In this document: in pieces, positions 9,819 to 21,447 of the stretch
How the letters are laid out: every line of letters begins with the position of its first letter
Numbering within the stretch: the first letter of the stretch is position 1
Assembly: GCA_964541525.1 (NCBI GenBank)
Contig: CAZIQF010000007.1
Location: 11,533 to 75,532, forward strand
DNA: 64,000 nucleotides
Direction: 5' to 3'
From: an uncultured Staphylococcaceae bacterium
GTDB taxonomy: Bacteria > Bacillota_I > Bacilli_A > ML615J-28 > CAG-313
The notes under the pieces: generated by a model
Told to the model about the DNA's origin: nothing
The model's database searches: none
The model's input: the letters and a program-made list of their open reading frames with translations, nothing else
Translations under genes and position numbers: made by a program

Positions 9819-11009
9819 TTGGGGGAAATGTTAGATATAGATAAATATGAGGGGCAAATTTCGTCAATAAAAAAGTTCGCTGAAGCAAATCAGTATGTTA
9901 CCATAAGCTATATTAATAAAATCTTCAATTCACCAACTGAAGAATTGTTTGATGAAATTGAAGAATACTTAGATGGTGAAGGAATTGAAATTATTCGTGA
10001 TGCTGATGATTTGTTTTTAGATGAACCAACTGATGATCAATTGTTAGCTGAGTACAATCAATCTTTAGATGAAGAAAAAACAGAAAGCGAAATTAAAACT
10101 GATGCAGTTACGTTAGATCCGGTAAAAGCATATTTATTGGATATTGGTCGTGTTGATTTACTAGATGCAAGTGAAGAAGTATATTATGCTGAGCAAATTC
10201 AAAAAGGAAATCGTGCTGAAAATGCTCTCCTTAATAAGAAAAATCTTACAGAAACACAAATTCAAGAGTTAAAAGAACTTTCTAAAAATGGTATTGCTGC
10301 AAGACAAATATTAATCGAATCTAATTTAAGATTAGTTGTATCAATTGCTAAGCATTATTTAAATCGAGGTTTATCTTTTATGGACTTGATTCAAGAAGGA
10401 AATTTAGGCCTAATCAAGGCTGTATATCGCTTTGATCCGACTAAAGGCTTCCGATTTTCAACCTATGGTACTTGGTGGATTAGACAATCAATTACTAGAG
10501 CTATTGCTGATCAAGCGAGAACGGTTAGAATTCCGGTCCATATGGTTGAAGCAATTAATAAATTAAATAAAGAACGAACTAGGCTAACTCAAAAACTAAA
10601 ACGAGAACCAACTAATGGAGAATTAGCAATCGAAATGGGAATAACTGAAAAGAAAGTTGAATACATTATTCAAATAGCTCAGGATACAATTTCTCTAGAT
10701 ACATCGATTGGTGATGATGAGGAATCAGTTTTAAGTGATTTATTAATCGATACTTCATTAATTAGTCCGATGCAGTATGCTGAAAATCAGTTATATAAAG
10801 AACGCATCGATGCTTTACTTGCTACCCTAACACCTAGAGAAGAGCAAATAATTAAACTTAGATACGGGTTAATTGATAATATTCAACATACATTAGAAGA
10901 TATCGGTCGCGAATATGGAATCACGAGAGAGCGAGTAAGACAAATTGAGATTAAGGCCATTAGAAGGCTTAGACATCCGTCACGAATTAAAATACTAAAG
11001 GAGAATTAA
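9819..11009 (+). CDS. rpoD: RNA polymerase sigma factor RpoD/SigA at the canonical dnaG-linked locus
   Basis: [38 protein letters not shown]...RLRHPSR; dnaG-rpoD-trmK synteny. Confidence 0.93.
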   Translation: MGEMLDIDKYEGQISSIKKFAEANQYVTISYINKIFNSPTEELFDEIEEYLDGEGIEIIRDADDLFLDEPTDDQLLAEYNQSLDEEKTESEIKTDAVTLDPVKAYLLDIGRVDLLDASEEVYYAEQIQKGNRAENALLNKKNLTETQIQELKELSKNGIAARQILIESNLRLVVSIAKHYLNRGLSFMDLIQEGNLGLIKAVYRFDPTKGFRFSTYGTWWIRQSITRAIADQARTVRIPVHMVEAINKLNKERTRLTQKLKREPTNGELAIEMGITEKKVEYIIQIAQDTISLDTSIGDDEESVLSDLLIDTSLISPMQYAENQLYKERIDALLATLTPREEQIIKLRYGLIDNIQHTLEDIGREYGITRERVRQIEIKAIRRLRHPSRIKILKEN

Positions 11010-11010
11010 T

Positions 11011-11682
11011 ATGTTATCATCAATAAGATTAATCACTGCTTTAGACTGGATAAATCAAACTGATACTTTAGCAGATGTAGGTTGTGATCATGGCTATCTT
11101 GCGATTGCTGCTCTTGAAAAAGGAATTAGTTTTGTTCAGTTAATTGATAATAAACAAGGACCACTTGATGTCGCTTATCAAAATTTAGATAAAAACGGAT
11201 TACTTGAGTGTTCGAATGTTTTATTAACATTAGGTGATGGATTAAGCTTACTTGATGAACGGGTTAATACTGTTGCAATTTTGGGTATGGGTGGCGAACT
11301 TATTGCTAAAATTTTAGAAGAAGGTAAGATAAAAAGTACCAATGTAAAGCAGTTTATTTTGGAAGCAAACACTAAAATATCACTTTTAAGAAAATATTTA
11401 TTAACGAATAATTACCTAATCGTTGGGGAAAAAATTGTAAAAGAAAATAATAAGTATTATGAATTATTATTAGTAAAAAAAAGTGATCAAACTATAGTGT
11501 TTGATCAAAAAGATTTAATATTTGGCCCAATTTTACGCAAAGAACAACCGGTTTTGTTTAAGGAAAAGTGGCTAAAAATATATCAAAAATATTTACGCAT
11601 TATTAACACTTCAAAAGTTGAAGTACCTAAAATTAAGATAGAATTAGCTCTGATTAAAGAAGTATTAAATATAGAAGAATAA
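11011..11682 (+). CDS. trmK: tRNA (adenine22-N1)-methyltransferase
   Basis: ADVGCDHGYL, GDGL, GMGGELI; follows rpoD. Confidence 0.9.
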   Translation: MLSSIRLITALDWINQTDTLADVGCDHGYLAIAALEKGISFVQLIDNKQGPLDVAYQNLDKNGLLECSNVLLTLGDGLSLLDERVNTVAILGMGGELIAKILEEGKIKSTNVKQFILEANTKISLLRKYLLTNNYLIVGEKIVKENNKYYELLLVKKSDQTIVFDQKDLIFGPILRKEQPVLFKEKWLKIYQKYLRIINTSKVEVPKIKIELALIKEVLNIEE

Positions 11683-11691
11683 GAGGTTATC

Positions 11692-12474
11692 ATGGCAAAA
11701 GTTATTGATATTGTTAACTATTTAAAAGAAAAATATCCGTTAGAACTTGCATCTAGTTTTGATGAAGGTAAAATTGGATTACAATTTGGTAATCAATCTA
11801 AAACTGTTCAAAAAATTATGCTTGCTTTAGATGGTACATATGAAGTTATTAAAGAAGCAATTGATAATAATGTCGATTTATTAATAACTCATCATCCGTT
11901 TATGTTTTCACCATTACTTCATTTAGATTATCAATCACCACTTGGCAAAAAATTATTATTGGTATTTAAACACGAATTAAATATTTTTGCGATGCATACT
12001 AATTTTGATTGTGCTAATAACGGAATGAATGATCTTTTAGCAAGTAAATTACAATTAGATAATGTTTCATTTGATAGTCATTGCCCTGAAAATGAACGAT
12101 TTTTAAGAATTGGTGATGTCGAACCAATTAAACTTCATGAACTAGCAGTAAAAGTAAAAACGATTTTTAATGAAGATTATGTGAGAATCGTTGGTAATCC
12201 TGATGCGATGATTAAAAAAGTAGCTATTTTAGGTGGAGCTGGTAGTTCTTATATCATTAATGCAAAAAAACTTGGTTGTGATTGCATTATTACTGGGGAA
12301 ATTAGGCATAACCATGCACTTGATGCGATTGATTATCATATGAATGTAATTGAAGTTAGTCATAGTGTTGAAGCAAATTTTAAAGAATATGTGAAAAAAG
12401 ATTTAGAGGAAGTTTTTAAAGATGTTGAAGTATTAATTGCTTCAAATGATAAAAATCCTTTCTTATGGATATAA
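11692..12474 (+). CDS. Nif3-like dinuclear metal center protein
   Basis: LITHHP, AMHTNFD, ITGEIRHNHA; follows trmK. Confidence 0.9.
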   Translation: MAKVIDIVNYLKEKYPLELASSFDEGKIGLQFGNQSKTVQKIMLALDGTYEVIKEAIDNNVDLLITHHPFMFSPLLHLDYQSPLGKKLLLVFKHELNIFAMHTNFDCANNGMNDLLASKLQLDNVSFDSHCPENERFLRIGDVEPIKLHELAVKVKTIFNEDYVRIVGNPDAMIKKVAILGGAGSSYIINAKKLGCDCIITGEIRHNHALDAIDYHMNVIEVSHSVEANFKEYVKKDLEEVFKDVEVLIASNDKNPFLWI

Positions 12475-12477
12475 AAA

Positions 12478-12510
12478 ATAGCCTATTTCTTTCGAAATAG
12501 ACTTTTTTTA
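12478..12510. terminator. Bidirectional terminator between nif3 and ferredoxin
   Basis: AGCCTATTTC-tttc-GAAATAGACT stem flanked by A- and T-tracts. Confidence 0.7.
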
Positions 12511-12513
12511 TTG

Positions 12514-12681
12514 TTATTCTTCAACAATAGCACTCATTGGGCAACCTGCTTCACAAGCACCGCAATCAATACATTGGCTTGCATCGATTACATAGATATC
12601 GCCTTCGCTAATACATCCTACTGGACATTCAGCTGCACAAGCACCACATGCTACGCATGCATCAGTAATTTTTCTTGGCAT
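12514..12681 (-). CDS. 2[4Fe-4S] clostridial-type ferredoxin, 55 aa (not in the ORF track)
   Basis: Hand translation MPRKITDACVACGACAAECPVGCISEGDIYVIDASQCIDCGACEAGCPMSAIVEE*; two CxxCxxCxxxCP motifs; GGAGG RBS upstream. Confidence 0.95.
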   Translation of the reverse strand: MPRKITDACVACGACAAECPVGCISEGDIYVIDASQCIDCGACEAGCPMSAIVEE

Positions 12682-12858
12682 AATATTTAACCTCCATGAT
12701 AAATAATTATAGGGAAATTATACCTTAAAAATTTATCTTTAGCAAGTATTATGATTAAATTTTTAGTTGAAGCATCAAAATAAAAATTTCTATTTAATTG
12801 CTTATTTAGATTTTTTTTGTTATAATTATAGCAAATTTATTATAAAGGAGATATTAAA

Positions 12859-13077
12859 ATGATTGATTGGTGGGTTGGCTTAATTATTGGAATTGTATGT
12901 TTACTTGTTGGATTTGTAGTTGGTTTCTTTGTAATTAAAACTGTGTTTAAGAAACAACTTGAAAAGAATCCTCCAATTAACAGAGATATGATTCGTGCTA
13001 TGTTTATGCAAATGGGGCGTAAACCATCTGAACGTGACATTACAAAAGTAATGGAAGCAATGAATAAATATCAATAA
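12859..13077 (+). CDS. YneF family (UPF0154) small membrane protein
   Basis: N-terminal TM, then [20 protein letters not shown] motif. Confidence 0.9.
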   Translation: MIDWWVGLIIGIVCLLVGFVVGFFVIKTVFKKQLEKNPPINRDMIRAMFMQMGRKPSERDITKVMEAMNKYQ

Positions 13078-13176
13078 AAGCATACAATGATTAAATTGGT
13101 CATTGTGAGGTTGTTGACAAATGTGAATGTCAGCAACCTCAATTTTAATTTGGAAAAACCGATTATAAATATACCA

Positions 13177-13215
13177 AAAAACCTATCTCTACTAGAAAGG
13201 GCAAGATAGGTTTTT
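13177..13215 (-). terminator. Terminator of plsY (probably bidirectional)
   Basis: AAAAACCTATCT...AGATAGGTTTTT inverted repeat. Confidence 0.7.
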
Positions 13216-13238
13216 AATAATATTCTCCAATGATTAAT

Positions 13239-13967
13239 TTAATCCTCTTTTTTATTTTCCTCAGTAATAATAAAAGCAGGTTCTGCGCTATTCTTAATCG
13301 CTTTAAAATTTACTTTTGATTCAGTTTTATTAACGATTCGCTTAAAATTAGGAATATGCTTAACAAAAATAAAGATATTGATAAAAATTAGGATAACGAT
13401 AAAGTAAATATCAGCTCTTAATAAATGATTACTTAAATAAGAAGATGAATCACTAAAGATTAGCGATGCAATTAAACATGAAAGGCAGGTTAAACAAGAA
13501 CCTAAAGATACATATTTAGAAATGCCGACAGTTAATAAAAAAGCTACTAAGCCAATTAAAAAAGTTAATGGCGAATAGAAAAGAACAATTCCTGCAGCAG
13601 TGGACATCCCCTTTCCGCCTTTAAACTTCGTAAAGATGGGAAATAGGTGACCTAAGAAAGCGGCAATTCCGTATATTAGAGGATGAATTATAAAACTAAA
13701 GTTTTCATAGTCAAAATTGAAAATATTTTTATCCATTAGAAATACAATGACTCCACCTTTTAGTGCATCTAAGAAAAAAACTAATAGCCCCCATTTAAAA
13801 CCTAAGACTCTAAATGCATTAGTAGCTCCCATATTTTTGCTACCATGTTCTCTAATATCAATTCCTTTAGTTAATTTGCTGATTACTAAGGCCCAAGGAA
13901 TCGAACCTAAAATGTAAGCTAAAATTAAAAATGCGATTTGGATTAAGATTCCATTCAAATTAATCAA
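13239..13967 (-). CDS. plsY: Glycerol-3-phosphate acyltransferase
   Basis: YILGSIP, GSKNMGATN, GHLFPIF..FKGGKG, KHIPNFKRI; divergent from parE. Confidence 0.95.
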   Translation of the reverse strand: MINLNGILIQIAFLILAYILGSIPWALVISKLTKGIDIREHGSKNMGATNAFRVLGFKWGLLVFFLDALKGGVIVFLMDKNIFNFDYENFSFIIHPLIYGIAAFLGHLFPIFTKFKGGKGMSTAAGIVLFYSPLTFLIGLVAFLLTVGISKYVSLGSCLTCLSCLIASLIFSDSSSYLSNHLLRADIYFIVILIFINIFIFVKHIPNFKRIVNKTESKVNFKAIKNSAEPAFIITEENKKED

Positions 13968-14155
13968 CTCTTTTCTTTATCATATTTTATAGTTATCTAA
14001 TTATACATTATTAAATTATAAAAATGTTAGAAAAAGCCCATTTTTTTATCCAAATATTCGATCAAAATTGATAATAAAAGATGTAATTTTTTTATATTAA
14101 AAGTAAAAAATATACTATTTTATCTTGGTTTTACTTATATATTTTTTCAAATTAC

Positions 14156-14184
14156 TTGCAAAAAAAAATGAATTATGATACAAT
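14156..14184 (+). promoter_or_regulatory. sigmaA promoter of parEC
   Basis: TTGCAA-17-TACAAT with TG extension. Confidence 0.7.
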
Positions 14185-14209
14185 AATAAAAAAGGTATAG
14201 GAGGTTATT

Positions 14210-16177
14210 ATGGCAGTCGATATCAAAGATAAAAAGATTAAACAAGTTTATAATGAAGATTCGATACAGGTATTACAAGGGTTAGAAGCAGTAAGAAAAA
14301 GACCTGGGATGTATATAGGATCAACTGATTCAAGAGGACTACATCATCTAGTTTGGGAAATCGTAGATAACTCAATCGATGAGGCTCTATCAGGATGGGG
14401 AACTTTAATTACGGTAACAATTGAAGCAGATAATAGCATTACTGTTACCGATAATGGTCGAGGTATTCCTACTGGTATTCATAAAGAAGAAAAACGTCCG
14501 ACTCCAGAAGTTATTTTTAACACCTTGCATGCAGGTGGTAAATTTGATTCTAGTGGTGGTTATAAAGTTGCAGGGGGATTACATGGTGTTGGTTCTTCGG
14601 TCGTAAATGCTTTAAGTGAAATTTTTACCGTTACAATTCATCGTGATGGTAAGATTTTTCAACAAACTTATCGTAATGGTGGAAAAATTATTGAAAAGCC
14701 AAAAAATCTAGGTGATACTAGGAAAACTGGTACTACAATTCACTTCAAACCTGATGCAAAAGTTTTTTCATCAACAATTTACGATTATAAGCAAATTGCT
14801 CAAAGAATGAAAGAGTCGGCATTTTTAATCAAAGGTTTGAAGATTATTCTTGAAGATAAGCGGGAAGGAATTGAAAAAGTAGAAGAATTCCATTATGATA
14901 ATGGGATTAAAGAATTTGTTTTATCATTGACAAAGGATAAGGAACCGATTAATGATCCTGCATTCTTTGTTGGTGATTATAATGGAATCCATATTGAAGT
15001 TGCTTTACAATATTGTAATAAATCCTATAATGAAACGGTTTTATCGTTTGTTAATAATATTCGGACAAGAGATGGTGGTACACATGAGGTAGGTTTTAGA
15101 TCTGGACTTACAAGAGCTTTTAATGATCACGCAAGATTAGTAGGAGCTTTAAAAGATAAAGATGTCAATTTAGATGGTTCTGATGTCCGTGAAGGTATAA
15201 CTGCAATTGTTTCCATTCGAATTCCTGAAGAGTTGCTTCAATTTGAAAGCCAAACAAAGAATAAATTAGGTACACCAGAAGCAAAACCAGCTTGTGAAGC
15301 AGTAACATATGAGCAAATGAAAAACTTCATGGCGGAAAATGGTAAAATTTCTGATTTATTGATTCAAAAAGCAATGAATGCGGCTAAGGCAAGAGAAGCT
15401 TCAAGAAAAGCTCGTGATGAAGTTAGAATGGTTAAACAAAAAGCGTCTAAACCTGCTAACTTAATTGGTAAACTTACTCCCGCCCAATATAAAGATCCAT
15501 CTCGTAATGAATTGTTTTTAGTTGAAGGTGATTCAGCAGGTGGTTCTGCAAAACAAGGCCGTGACCGAACATTCCAAGCAATTTTACCATTGAGAGGTAA
15601 GGTATTAAATACTGCCAAAGTTCGTGTTGAAGAAGTACTTAAAAATGAAGAAATTGTTTCGATTATTAATGCTATTGGTGCTGGCTTTGGAGCTGACTTT
15701 GATCCGAGTAAGTCAAATTATGATAAAGTTATTATTATGACCGATGCCGATACCGATGGTGCTCATATTCAAACTTTACTTTTAACATTCTTTTTCAGGT
15801 TTATGCATGGTTTAATTGAAGCTGGTAAAGTCTATATTGCAACACCACCGCTATATAAAATTTCTACTAAAAGTAGTGTAGAATATGCGTGGACGGATGA
15901 AGAACTAAGAGAAAAAATTGGTAACCAACGCAATGTTAACATTCAACGCTATAAAGGTCTTGGTGAAATGAATGCTGAACAGTTATGGGAAACGACAATG
16001 GAACCTGGTAAGAGAACATTGATTCAAGTTACGATTGCTGAAGAAGAAGTTGCCGAAGATCGAATGATGGTTTTAATGGGTGATGATGTTGAACCACGTC
16101 GTGAATGGATTGAAGATAATGTTGTGTTTGATTCAGAAGATAGTTTTGTATTAGAGGAGTTGATGAGTGATGAGTAG
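14210..16177 (+). CDS. parE: DNA topoisomerase IV subunit B
   Basis: [46 protein letters not shown]; plsY-parE-parC synteny favours ParE over GyrB. Confidence 0.9.
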   Translation: MAVDIKDKKIKQVYNEDSIQVLQGLEAVRKRPGMYIGSTDSRGLHHLVWEIVDNSIDEALSGWGTLITVTIEADNSITVTDNGRGIPTGIHKEEKRPTPEVIFNTLHAGGKFDSSGGYKVAGGLHGVGSSVVNALSEIFTVTIHRDGKIFQQTYRNGGKIIEKPKNLGDTRKTGTTIHFKPDAKVFSSTIYDYKQIAQRMKESAFLIKGLKIILEDKREGIEKVEEFHYDNGIKEFVLSLTKDKEPINDPAFFVGDYNGIHIEVALQYCNKSYNETVLSFVNNIRTRDGGTHEVGFRSGLTRAFNDHARLVGALKDKDVNLDGSDVREGITAIVSIRIPEELLQFESQTKNKLGTPEAKPACEAVTYEQMKNFMAENGKISDLLIQKAMNAAKAREASRKARDEVRMVKQKASKPANLIGKLTPAQYKDPSRNELFLVEGDSAGGSAKQGRDRTFQAILPLRGKVLNTAKVRVEEVLKNEEIVSIINAIGAGFGADFDPSKSNYDKVIIMTDADTDGAHIQTLLLTFFFRFMHGLIEAGKVYIATPPLYKISTKSSVEYAWTDEELREKIGNQRNVNIQRYKGLGEMNAEQLWETTMEPGKRTLIQVTIAEEEVAEDRMMVLMGDDVEPRREWIEDNVVFDSEDSFVLEELMSDE

Positions 16178-18644
16178 TAAAATTTCCAAAAAAATTAATT
16201 CATTAGTTGAAGATCGAATCATCACTGAAAATTTTGAAAATATTATGGGCGATCGTTTTGGGCGATATTCAAAATATATCATTCAAGATCGTGCATTACC
16301 AGATGCAAGAGATGGATTAAAACCAGTTCAAAGAAGAATTCTTTTTGCAATGTATAAATTAGGTCTTTATTCTAATAAACCATTTAAGAAGAGTGCTCGG
16401 ATTGTTGGTGATGTAATTGGTAAATATCATCCTCATGGCGACACCGCTGTTTATGATGCAATGGTCAGAATGAGTCAAGATTTTAAGATTAGATTACCAC
16501 TAATTGATATGCATGGTAATAATGGTAGTATCGATGGTGACCCTGCCGCTGCGATGCGTTATACTGAAGCGAGAATGAGTCGTAATTCAGAAATGTTGTT
16601 AGAAGACATTAATAAACGTACAGTTGGTTTAATCCCTAACTTTGATGATGAAGAATTAGAGCCGATTGTTTTACCGGCAAAATTTCCTAATTTATTAGTT
16701 AATGGTGCTTCTGGTATTTCAGCAGGTTATGCAACAGAAATTCCACCACATAATCCTAATGAATGTATAGATGCAGTAATTTACCGAATGCGTAATCCTA
16801 AATGTACGCTTGATGAATTATTAGAGATAATTAAAGGTCCAGATTTTCCAACTGGTGGAATTGTTCAGGGAATTGAAGGTTTAAAACAAGCTTATGAAAC
16901 AGGCCGTGGTAAAGTCATTATTAAATCAAAGGTAGAAATTGATACATCTAAAGCTGATCCGCGAATCATTATTAGTGAGATTCCTTATGAAGTTAATAAA
17001 GCTGTACTTTTAAGAAAAATGAGTGATCAAATTCAATTAAAGAATGTTGATGGTGTAAAAATGATTCGTGATGAAACCGATCGAAGTGGTCTTAGAATTG
17101 TTATTGATGTAAGAAGAGATGCTAATCCTGAGTTTATTCTTAATTTTTTATATAAGACTACAGAATTACAAATCAATTATAATTTTAATATGGTTGCTAT
17201 TGTTCATGGTAAACCATGTTATATGGGGCTTACTGATTTTCTAGATGCTTATATTGACCACCAAAAAGAAGTAATGCGTAATAAATGTAATTATGATTTG
17301 GAACGTGCTCTAAAGCGACAAGAAATTGTAGCAGGTTTAATTGCAATGGTTTCCATTCTTGATGCAGTTATTACAACAATTAGAAATTCAAAAAATAAAG
17401 CTGATGCGAAAGAGAATATTATTTCTAAGTATGACTTTACAGAAATTCAAGCTGAAGCGATTGTAATGTTACAATTATATCGTTTAACTAATACCGACAT
17501 CTTTGCATTAAAACAAGAATCAAAAGAATTAGATCAAGAAATAAGAAAATTAAAATCAATTTTATCAAGTAATACTGCTTTAAAGAATGCCATTATTGAA
17601 GAATTACTTCGAACTAAGGAAATCTTAGATTCACCAAGAAAAACAATCATTGAAAATGAAATTGATGATGTTGAAGTTAAAACCGAAGATATTATTACAA
17701 AAGAAGATGTAATGTTATTAATCACCCATGATGGCTATTTGAAACGAATTAGTATGCGTGCATTTAGTACCTTAGCTGAAGGTGAAGTTACGAAACTTAA
17801 AGATGGTGATGTCTTAACTGATATTTATTCTGTTTCTACTGTCGACGTATTATTACAATTTACTAATTATGGTAATTATATCTATTTACCAATTCATAAA
17901 ATTCCTGAAACTAAACATAAAGATTTAGGTTATCATGTCAGTACTTTAATTAGCATGGAACCAAATGAAAAAGTCATTTTCTCGTTTCCAGTAAACAACT
18001 TTGATGCTGATAAGTATGTCTTACTTGCAACTAAACAGGGTTTAATTAAGCGAATTAAATTATCTAGCCTTAATGTAAATCGTTATTCGAAAGCTTTAAA
18101 AGCAACTAAATTACGAGATGGTGATGAGGTTGTCAGTGTTGATGTTATTACAGGTGAGACTAGTGAGGTTGTTATTGCAACTCATGATGGTTATATGAAT
18201 CGTTATGATGCAAAAGAAATTAGCATTATTGAACCTTCATCATTTGGTGTAAAATCAATTGAACTTAAATCACGTCCAAATGATTATGTTGTAGGGGCTA
18301 AATATGTTAGTGAAAAAGATATTATTTTACTCTTAACCAATCGTGGTAATATTAAACGAATGCGACCAGAAGAAATTCTTAAAGGTAAGAAGAATCATGT
18401 TGGTAAGATGTATCTAAAAGTTGTAAAATCAAATATGCATAGTGCAATTCATATGGATGTTATTCATGGAATTAATGCAAAATCCACACTTGCAAGTTGG
18501 ATTTATTGTGATAATGGTAAGGTTGATATTGATTATACGATTTTAAGAATTGCGATAGCTGACAATGGTAAACGCCTAGTCACTGATGATAAGTTAAAAC
18601 CGGAACGAATTGTAATTTCTAGAAATGACAATGATTTGATCTAA
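16167..18644 (+). CDS. parC: DNA topoisomerase IV subunit A
   Basis: [30 protein letters not shown]; C-terminal beta-pinwheel. Confidence 0.9.
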   Translation: MMSSKISKKINSLVEDRIITENFENIMGDRFGRYSKYIIQDRALPDARDGLKPVQRRILFAMYKLGLYSNKPFKKSARIVGDVIGKYHPHGDTAVYDAMVRMSQDFKIRLPLIDMHGNNGSIDGDPAAAMRYTEARMSRNSEMLLEDINKRTVGLIPNFDDEELEPIVLPAKFPNLLVNGASGISAGYATEIPPHNPNECIDAVIYRMRNPKCTLDELLEIIKGPDFPTGGIVQGIEGLKQAYETGRGKVIIKSKVEIDTSKADPRIIISEIPYEVNKAVLLRKMSDQIQLKNVDGVKMIRDETDRSGLRIVIDVRRDANPEFILNFLYKTTELQINYNFNMVAIVHGKPCYMGLTDFLDAYIDHQKEVMRNKCNYDLERALKRQEIVAGLIAMVSILDAVITTIRNSKNKADAKENIISKYDFTEIQAEAIVMLQLYRLTNTDIFALKQESKELDQEIRKLKSILSSNTALKNAIIEELLRTKEILDSPRKTIIENEIDDVEVKTEDIITKEDVMLLITHDGYLKRISMRAFSTLAEGEVTKLKDGDVLTDIYSVSTVDVLLQFTNYGNYIYLPIHKIPETKHKDLGYHVSTLISMEPNEKVIFSFPVNNFDADKYVLLATKQGLIKRIKLSSLNVNRYSKALKATKLRDGDEVVSVDVITGETSEVVIATHDGYMNRYDAKEISIIEPSSFGVKSIELKSRPNDYVVGAKYVSEKDIILLLTNRGNIKRMRPEEILKGKKNHVGKMYLKVVKSNMHSAIHMDVIHGINAKSTLASWIYCDNGKVDIDYTILRIAIADNGKRLVTDDKLKPERIVISRNDNDLI

Positions 18645-18647
18645 TTT

Positions 18648-18676
18648 AAAATCCTCTAAAATATAGAGGATTTTTT
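18648..18676 (+). terminator. Terminator after parC
   Basis: AAAATCCTCTA...TAGAGGATTTT followed by TT. Confidence 0.8.
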
Positions 18677-18759
18677 GACATTAAAATTAAAATAATGCAT
18701 AGTTTATATTAAGTTAATAATGTTAAAATATACTATTTTCAAAAAATGGAGGTTAATCA

Positions 18760-21366
18760 ATGTTACAATTAAAAAATATTACAAAAGAGTATATTACAGG
18801 TGGAACTTCCTTAAAAGCACTTAAAGGAATCGATATAGCATTTCGTGATTCTGAATTTGTCGCAATATTAGGTCCATCGGGATGTGGTAAGACAACTTTA
18901 CTTAATATTATTGGTGGTTTAGACCAATATACAAGTGGTGATTTAGTCATCAATGGGATTTCAACTAAAGAATATAAAGATGCAAATTGGGATGCTTATC
19001 GAAATCATTCAGTAGGTTTTGTTTTTCAAAGTTATAACCTAATTCCCCATCAAACCGTACTATCAAATGTCGAATTAGCTCTAACTTTATCCGGTGTTTC
19101 TAAATCAGAAAGAAGAACAAGAGCGATTGAAGCACTGAAAAAAGTAGGGCTTGGTGATCAAATCAATAAAAAACCTAATCAAATGTCTGGTGGCCAAATG
19201 CAAAGAGTTGCGATTGCGAGAGCATTAGTTAATAACCCCGACATCCTACTTGCCGATGAACCTACAGGTGCTCTTGATTCAGAAACTAGTGTTCAAATTA
19301 TGAATCTATTAAAGGAAATTGCAAAAGATAAACTAGTTATTATGGTCACACATAATCCTGATCTTGCAGTTTCTTATGCCAATCGAATTGTAAAATTGTT
19401 AGATGGGTTGATTACTGAAGATTCAAATCCGTATCAAGTAGAGATAAAAAAGGTCTGTTCTGAAAAGAAAATTGAAAAAAATAAGTCAATGTCTTTCTTT
19501 ACTGCTTTAGCACTTTCATTTAATAACTTAATGACTAAAAAGGGCCGGACTATTTTAACTGCTTTTGCTGGATCAATTGGGATAATTGGGATAGCGTTAA
19601 TTTTGTCAGTTTCAAGTGGTGTTACAAATTACATTGATACAGTTGAAAAAAGTACAATGGCTAGTTATCCGTTAACGATTGAACAAAATACTGCAGATAT
19701 GTCTTCAATGCTTTCTTCGGTATTAAAACAAGAGTCAACGCCAGCTGAAGATGGATATATTGAATCAAATGAAATGATGATTACAATTATTGATTCTATG
19801 TCTAATATGTTAAAAACTAATAATTTGACTAAATTCAAAGAATTTTTAGAAAGTGATGATTGTAAAATTGCTGAAGTATCAACGGATATTGTCTATAATT
19901 ATGCAACAAATCTTAATACTTATTATTCAACAACCGATAATAATGGGAATGTTTTATATAAAAAGACTTATACTAGTTTAAACAGTATAATGACTACAAT
20001 TATGAGTAAGGGGAGTGTTGCGAGTACAGGAACTAGTGATGGTACAATCTTTACACAGATGGTTGGAACTAGCGAATTTATTCATAGTCAGTATGATTTA
20101 GTTTATGGCAATTATCCAACAGAGAGTAACCAAATTTTGATTTTAGTTGATGAAAATAATAAAATTTCAGATTATACTTTATATGCATTAGGCATAAGAG
20201 ATATGAACGAAATTATTCAGTATATGATTGATTATGAAGACTACGAAAAAGATCCTAATACTTATCCTAAACCGACTTTACCTAAAGGAACGAAATATAC
20301 TTATGCTGAATTATGCAACTACCGACTTAAAGTATTGTTAGATTCTGATTATTATAAAGTAGATAATGATAAATTAAATAAAAGATCGAGTGAAGAACTT
20401 AATGAACTACTTAAAAATACAACTAATGAATTAGAGGTAGTTGGAATTGTAAAAGCTTCTGAAGAATCACAAAGTACTAATAATGTGGGGGGAATTCTTT
20501 ATCAAAAAGAATTAATGACGGCTTTTATTAATGAAGTTAATGATAGTGATGTAGTTAAGTTGCAACTTGCCAATCCTAATCGCAACCTAATTTATGATCG
20601 TGACTTTACAAATAAATATACTGCAATTGATTATCCTAGCATTTTTGCTATTGTCATGAGTAATCAAGAATTATTAATGAAAGTTATGGAACTAAATTAT
20701 AATATTCAAGATGTTAGTTCAATGGTTAACTTTGCTAACTTATACATGCTTCAAGATTACAATACAATATTAAAAACTTTAGGATATGTTGATTTTTCCA
20801 ATCCTATTAGTATCAATATCTATCCTAAAGATTTTGACGCAAAAGAAGAAATTACAAATGAAATTGATCGATATAATAAGAAAGTAGCTGAAGAAGATGA
20901 AATCATTTATACAGATTTAGTAGGATTGTTATTATCATCTGTTACGATTATTGTTAATGCGATTTCATATGTTCTTATTGCCTTTGTCTCAATTTCTCTA
21001 GTAGTCTCATCAATCATGATTGGTATTATTACCTATATCTCGGTGCTTGAGCGTACTAAGGAAATAGGTATTTTAAGAGCAATTGGTGCATCTAAGAAAG
21101 ATATCTCACGCGTATTTAATGCCGAAACAATGACAGTAGGTTTTGCAGCTGGTTTGTTTGGAATAGGTTTAACCTTAATTTTGATTCTTCCAATCAACTT
21201 AATTTTACATTCAGTAACTGGTATAAGTTATTTAAGTGCATCGCTTCCAGTTTTTGGAGCAATTATTCTAATTGCAATTAGTGTTTTATTAACATTTATA
21301 GCTGGATTAATTCCATCTCGATATGCAGCACGCAAAGATCCCGTTGTTGCTTTACGAAGTGAATAA
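18760..21366 (+). CDS. MacB/FtsX-like fused ABC transporter ATPase-permease
   Basis: GPSGCGKT Walker A, MSGGQ signature, LLADEP, C-terminal SVLERTKEIGILRAIGA and AARKDPVVALR. Confidence 0.9.
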   Translation: MLQLKNITKEYITGGTSLKALKGIDIAFRDSEFVAILGPSGCGKTTLLNIIGGLDQYTSGDLVINGISTKEYKDANWDAYRNHSVGFVFQSYNLIPHQTVLSNVELALTLSGVSKSERRTRAIEALKKVGLGDQINKKPNQMSGGQMQRVAIARALVNNPDILLADEPTGALDSETSVQIMNLLKEIAKDKLVIMVTHNPDLAVSYANRIVKLLDGLITEDSNPYQVEIKKVCSEKKIEKNKSMSFFTALALSFNNLMTKKGRTILTAFAGSIGIIGIALILSVSSGVTNYIDTVEKSTMASYPLTIEQNTADMSSMLSSVLKQESTPAEDGYIESNEMMITIIDSMSNMLKTNNLTKFKEFLESDDCKIAEVSTDIVYNYATNLNTYYSTTDNNGNVLYKKTYTSLNSIMTTIMSKGSVASTGTSDGTIFTQMVGTSEFIHSQYDLVYGNYPTESNQILILVDENNKISDYTLYALGIRDMNEIIQYMIDYEDYEKDPNTYPKPTLPKGTKYTYAELCNYRLKVLLDSDYYKVDNDKLNKRSSEELNELLKNTTNELEVVGIVKASEESQSTNNVGGILYQKELMTAFINEVNDSDVVKLQLANPNRNLIYDRDFTNKYTAIDYPSIFAIVMSNQELLMKVMELNYNIQDVSSMVNFANLYMLQDYNTILKTLGYVDFSNPISINIYPKDFDAKEEITNEIDRYNKKVAEEDEIIYTDLVGLLLSSVTIIVNAISYVLIAFVSISLVVSSIMIGIITYISVLERTKEIGILRAIGASKKDISRVFNAETMTVGFAAGLFGIGLTLILILPINLILHSVTGISYLSASLPVFGAIILIAISVLLTFIAGLIPSRYAARKDPVVALRSE

Positions 21367-21396
21367 ACTGATAAAATAATTTTAAATCTTTCTTTC

Positions 21397-21425
21397 TTGA
21401 AATAATTTAAAAATTATGATATAAT
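21397..21425 (+). promoter_or_regulatory. sigmaA promoter of cmk-rpsA-der-gpsA
   Basis: TTGAAA-17-TATAAT with TG extension. Confidence 0.7.
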
Positions 21426-21447
21426 ATAGCAGTTGAGGTGAACCAAG

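Noticed and set aside
14210-18644. Possible gyrB/gyrA call
   Set aside because: plsY-divergent position and absence of dnaA/recF context fit parE/parC
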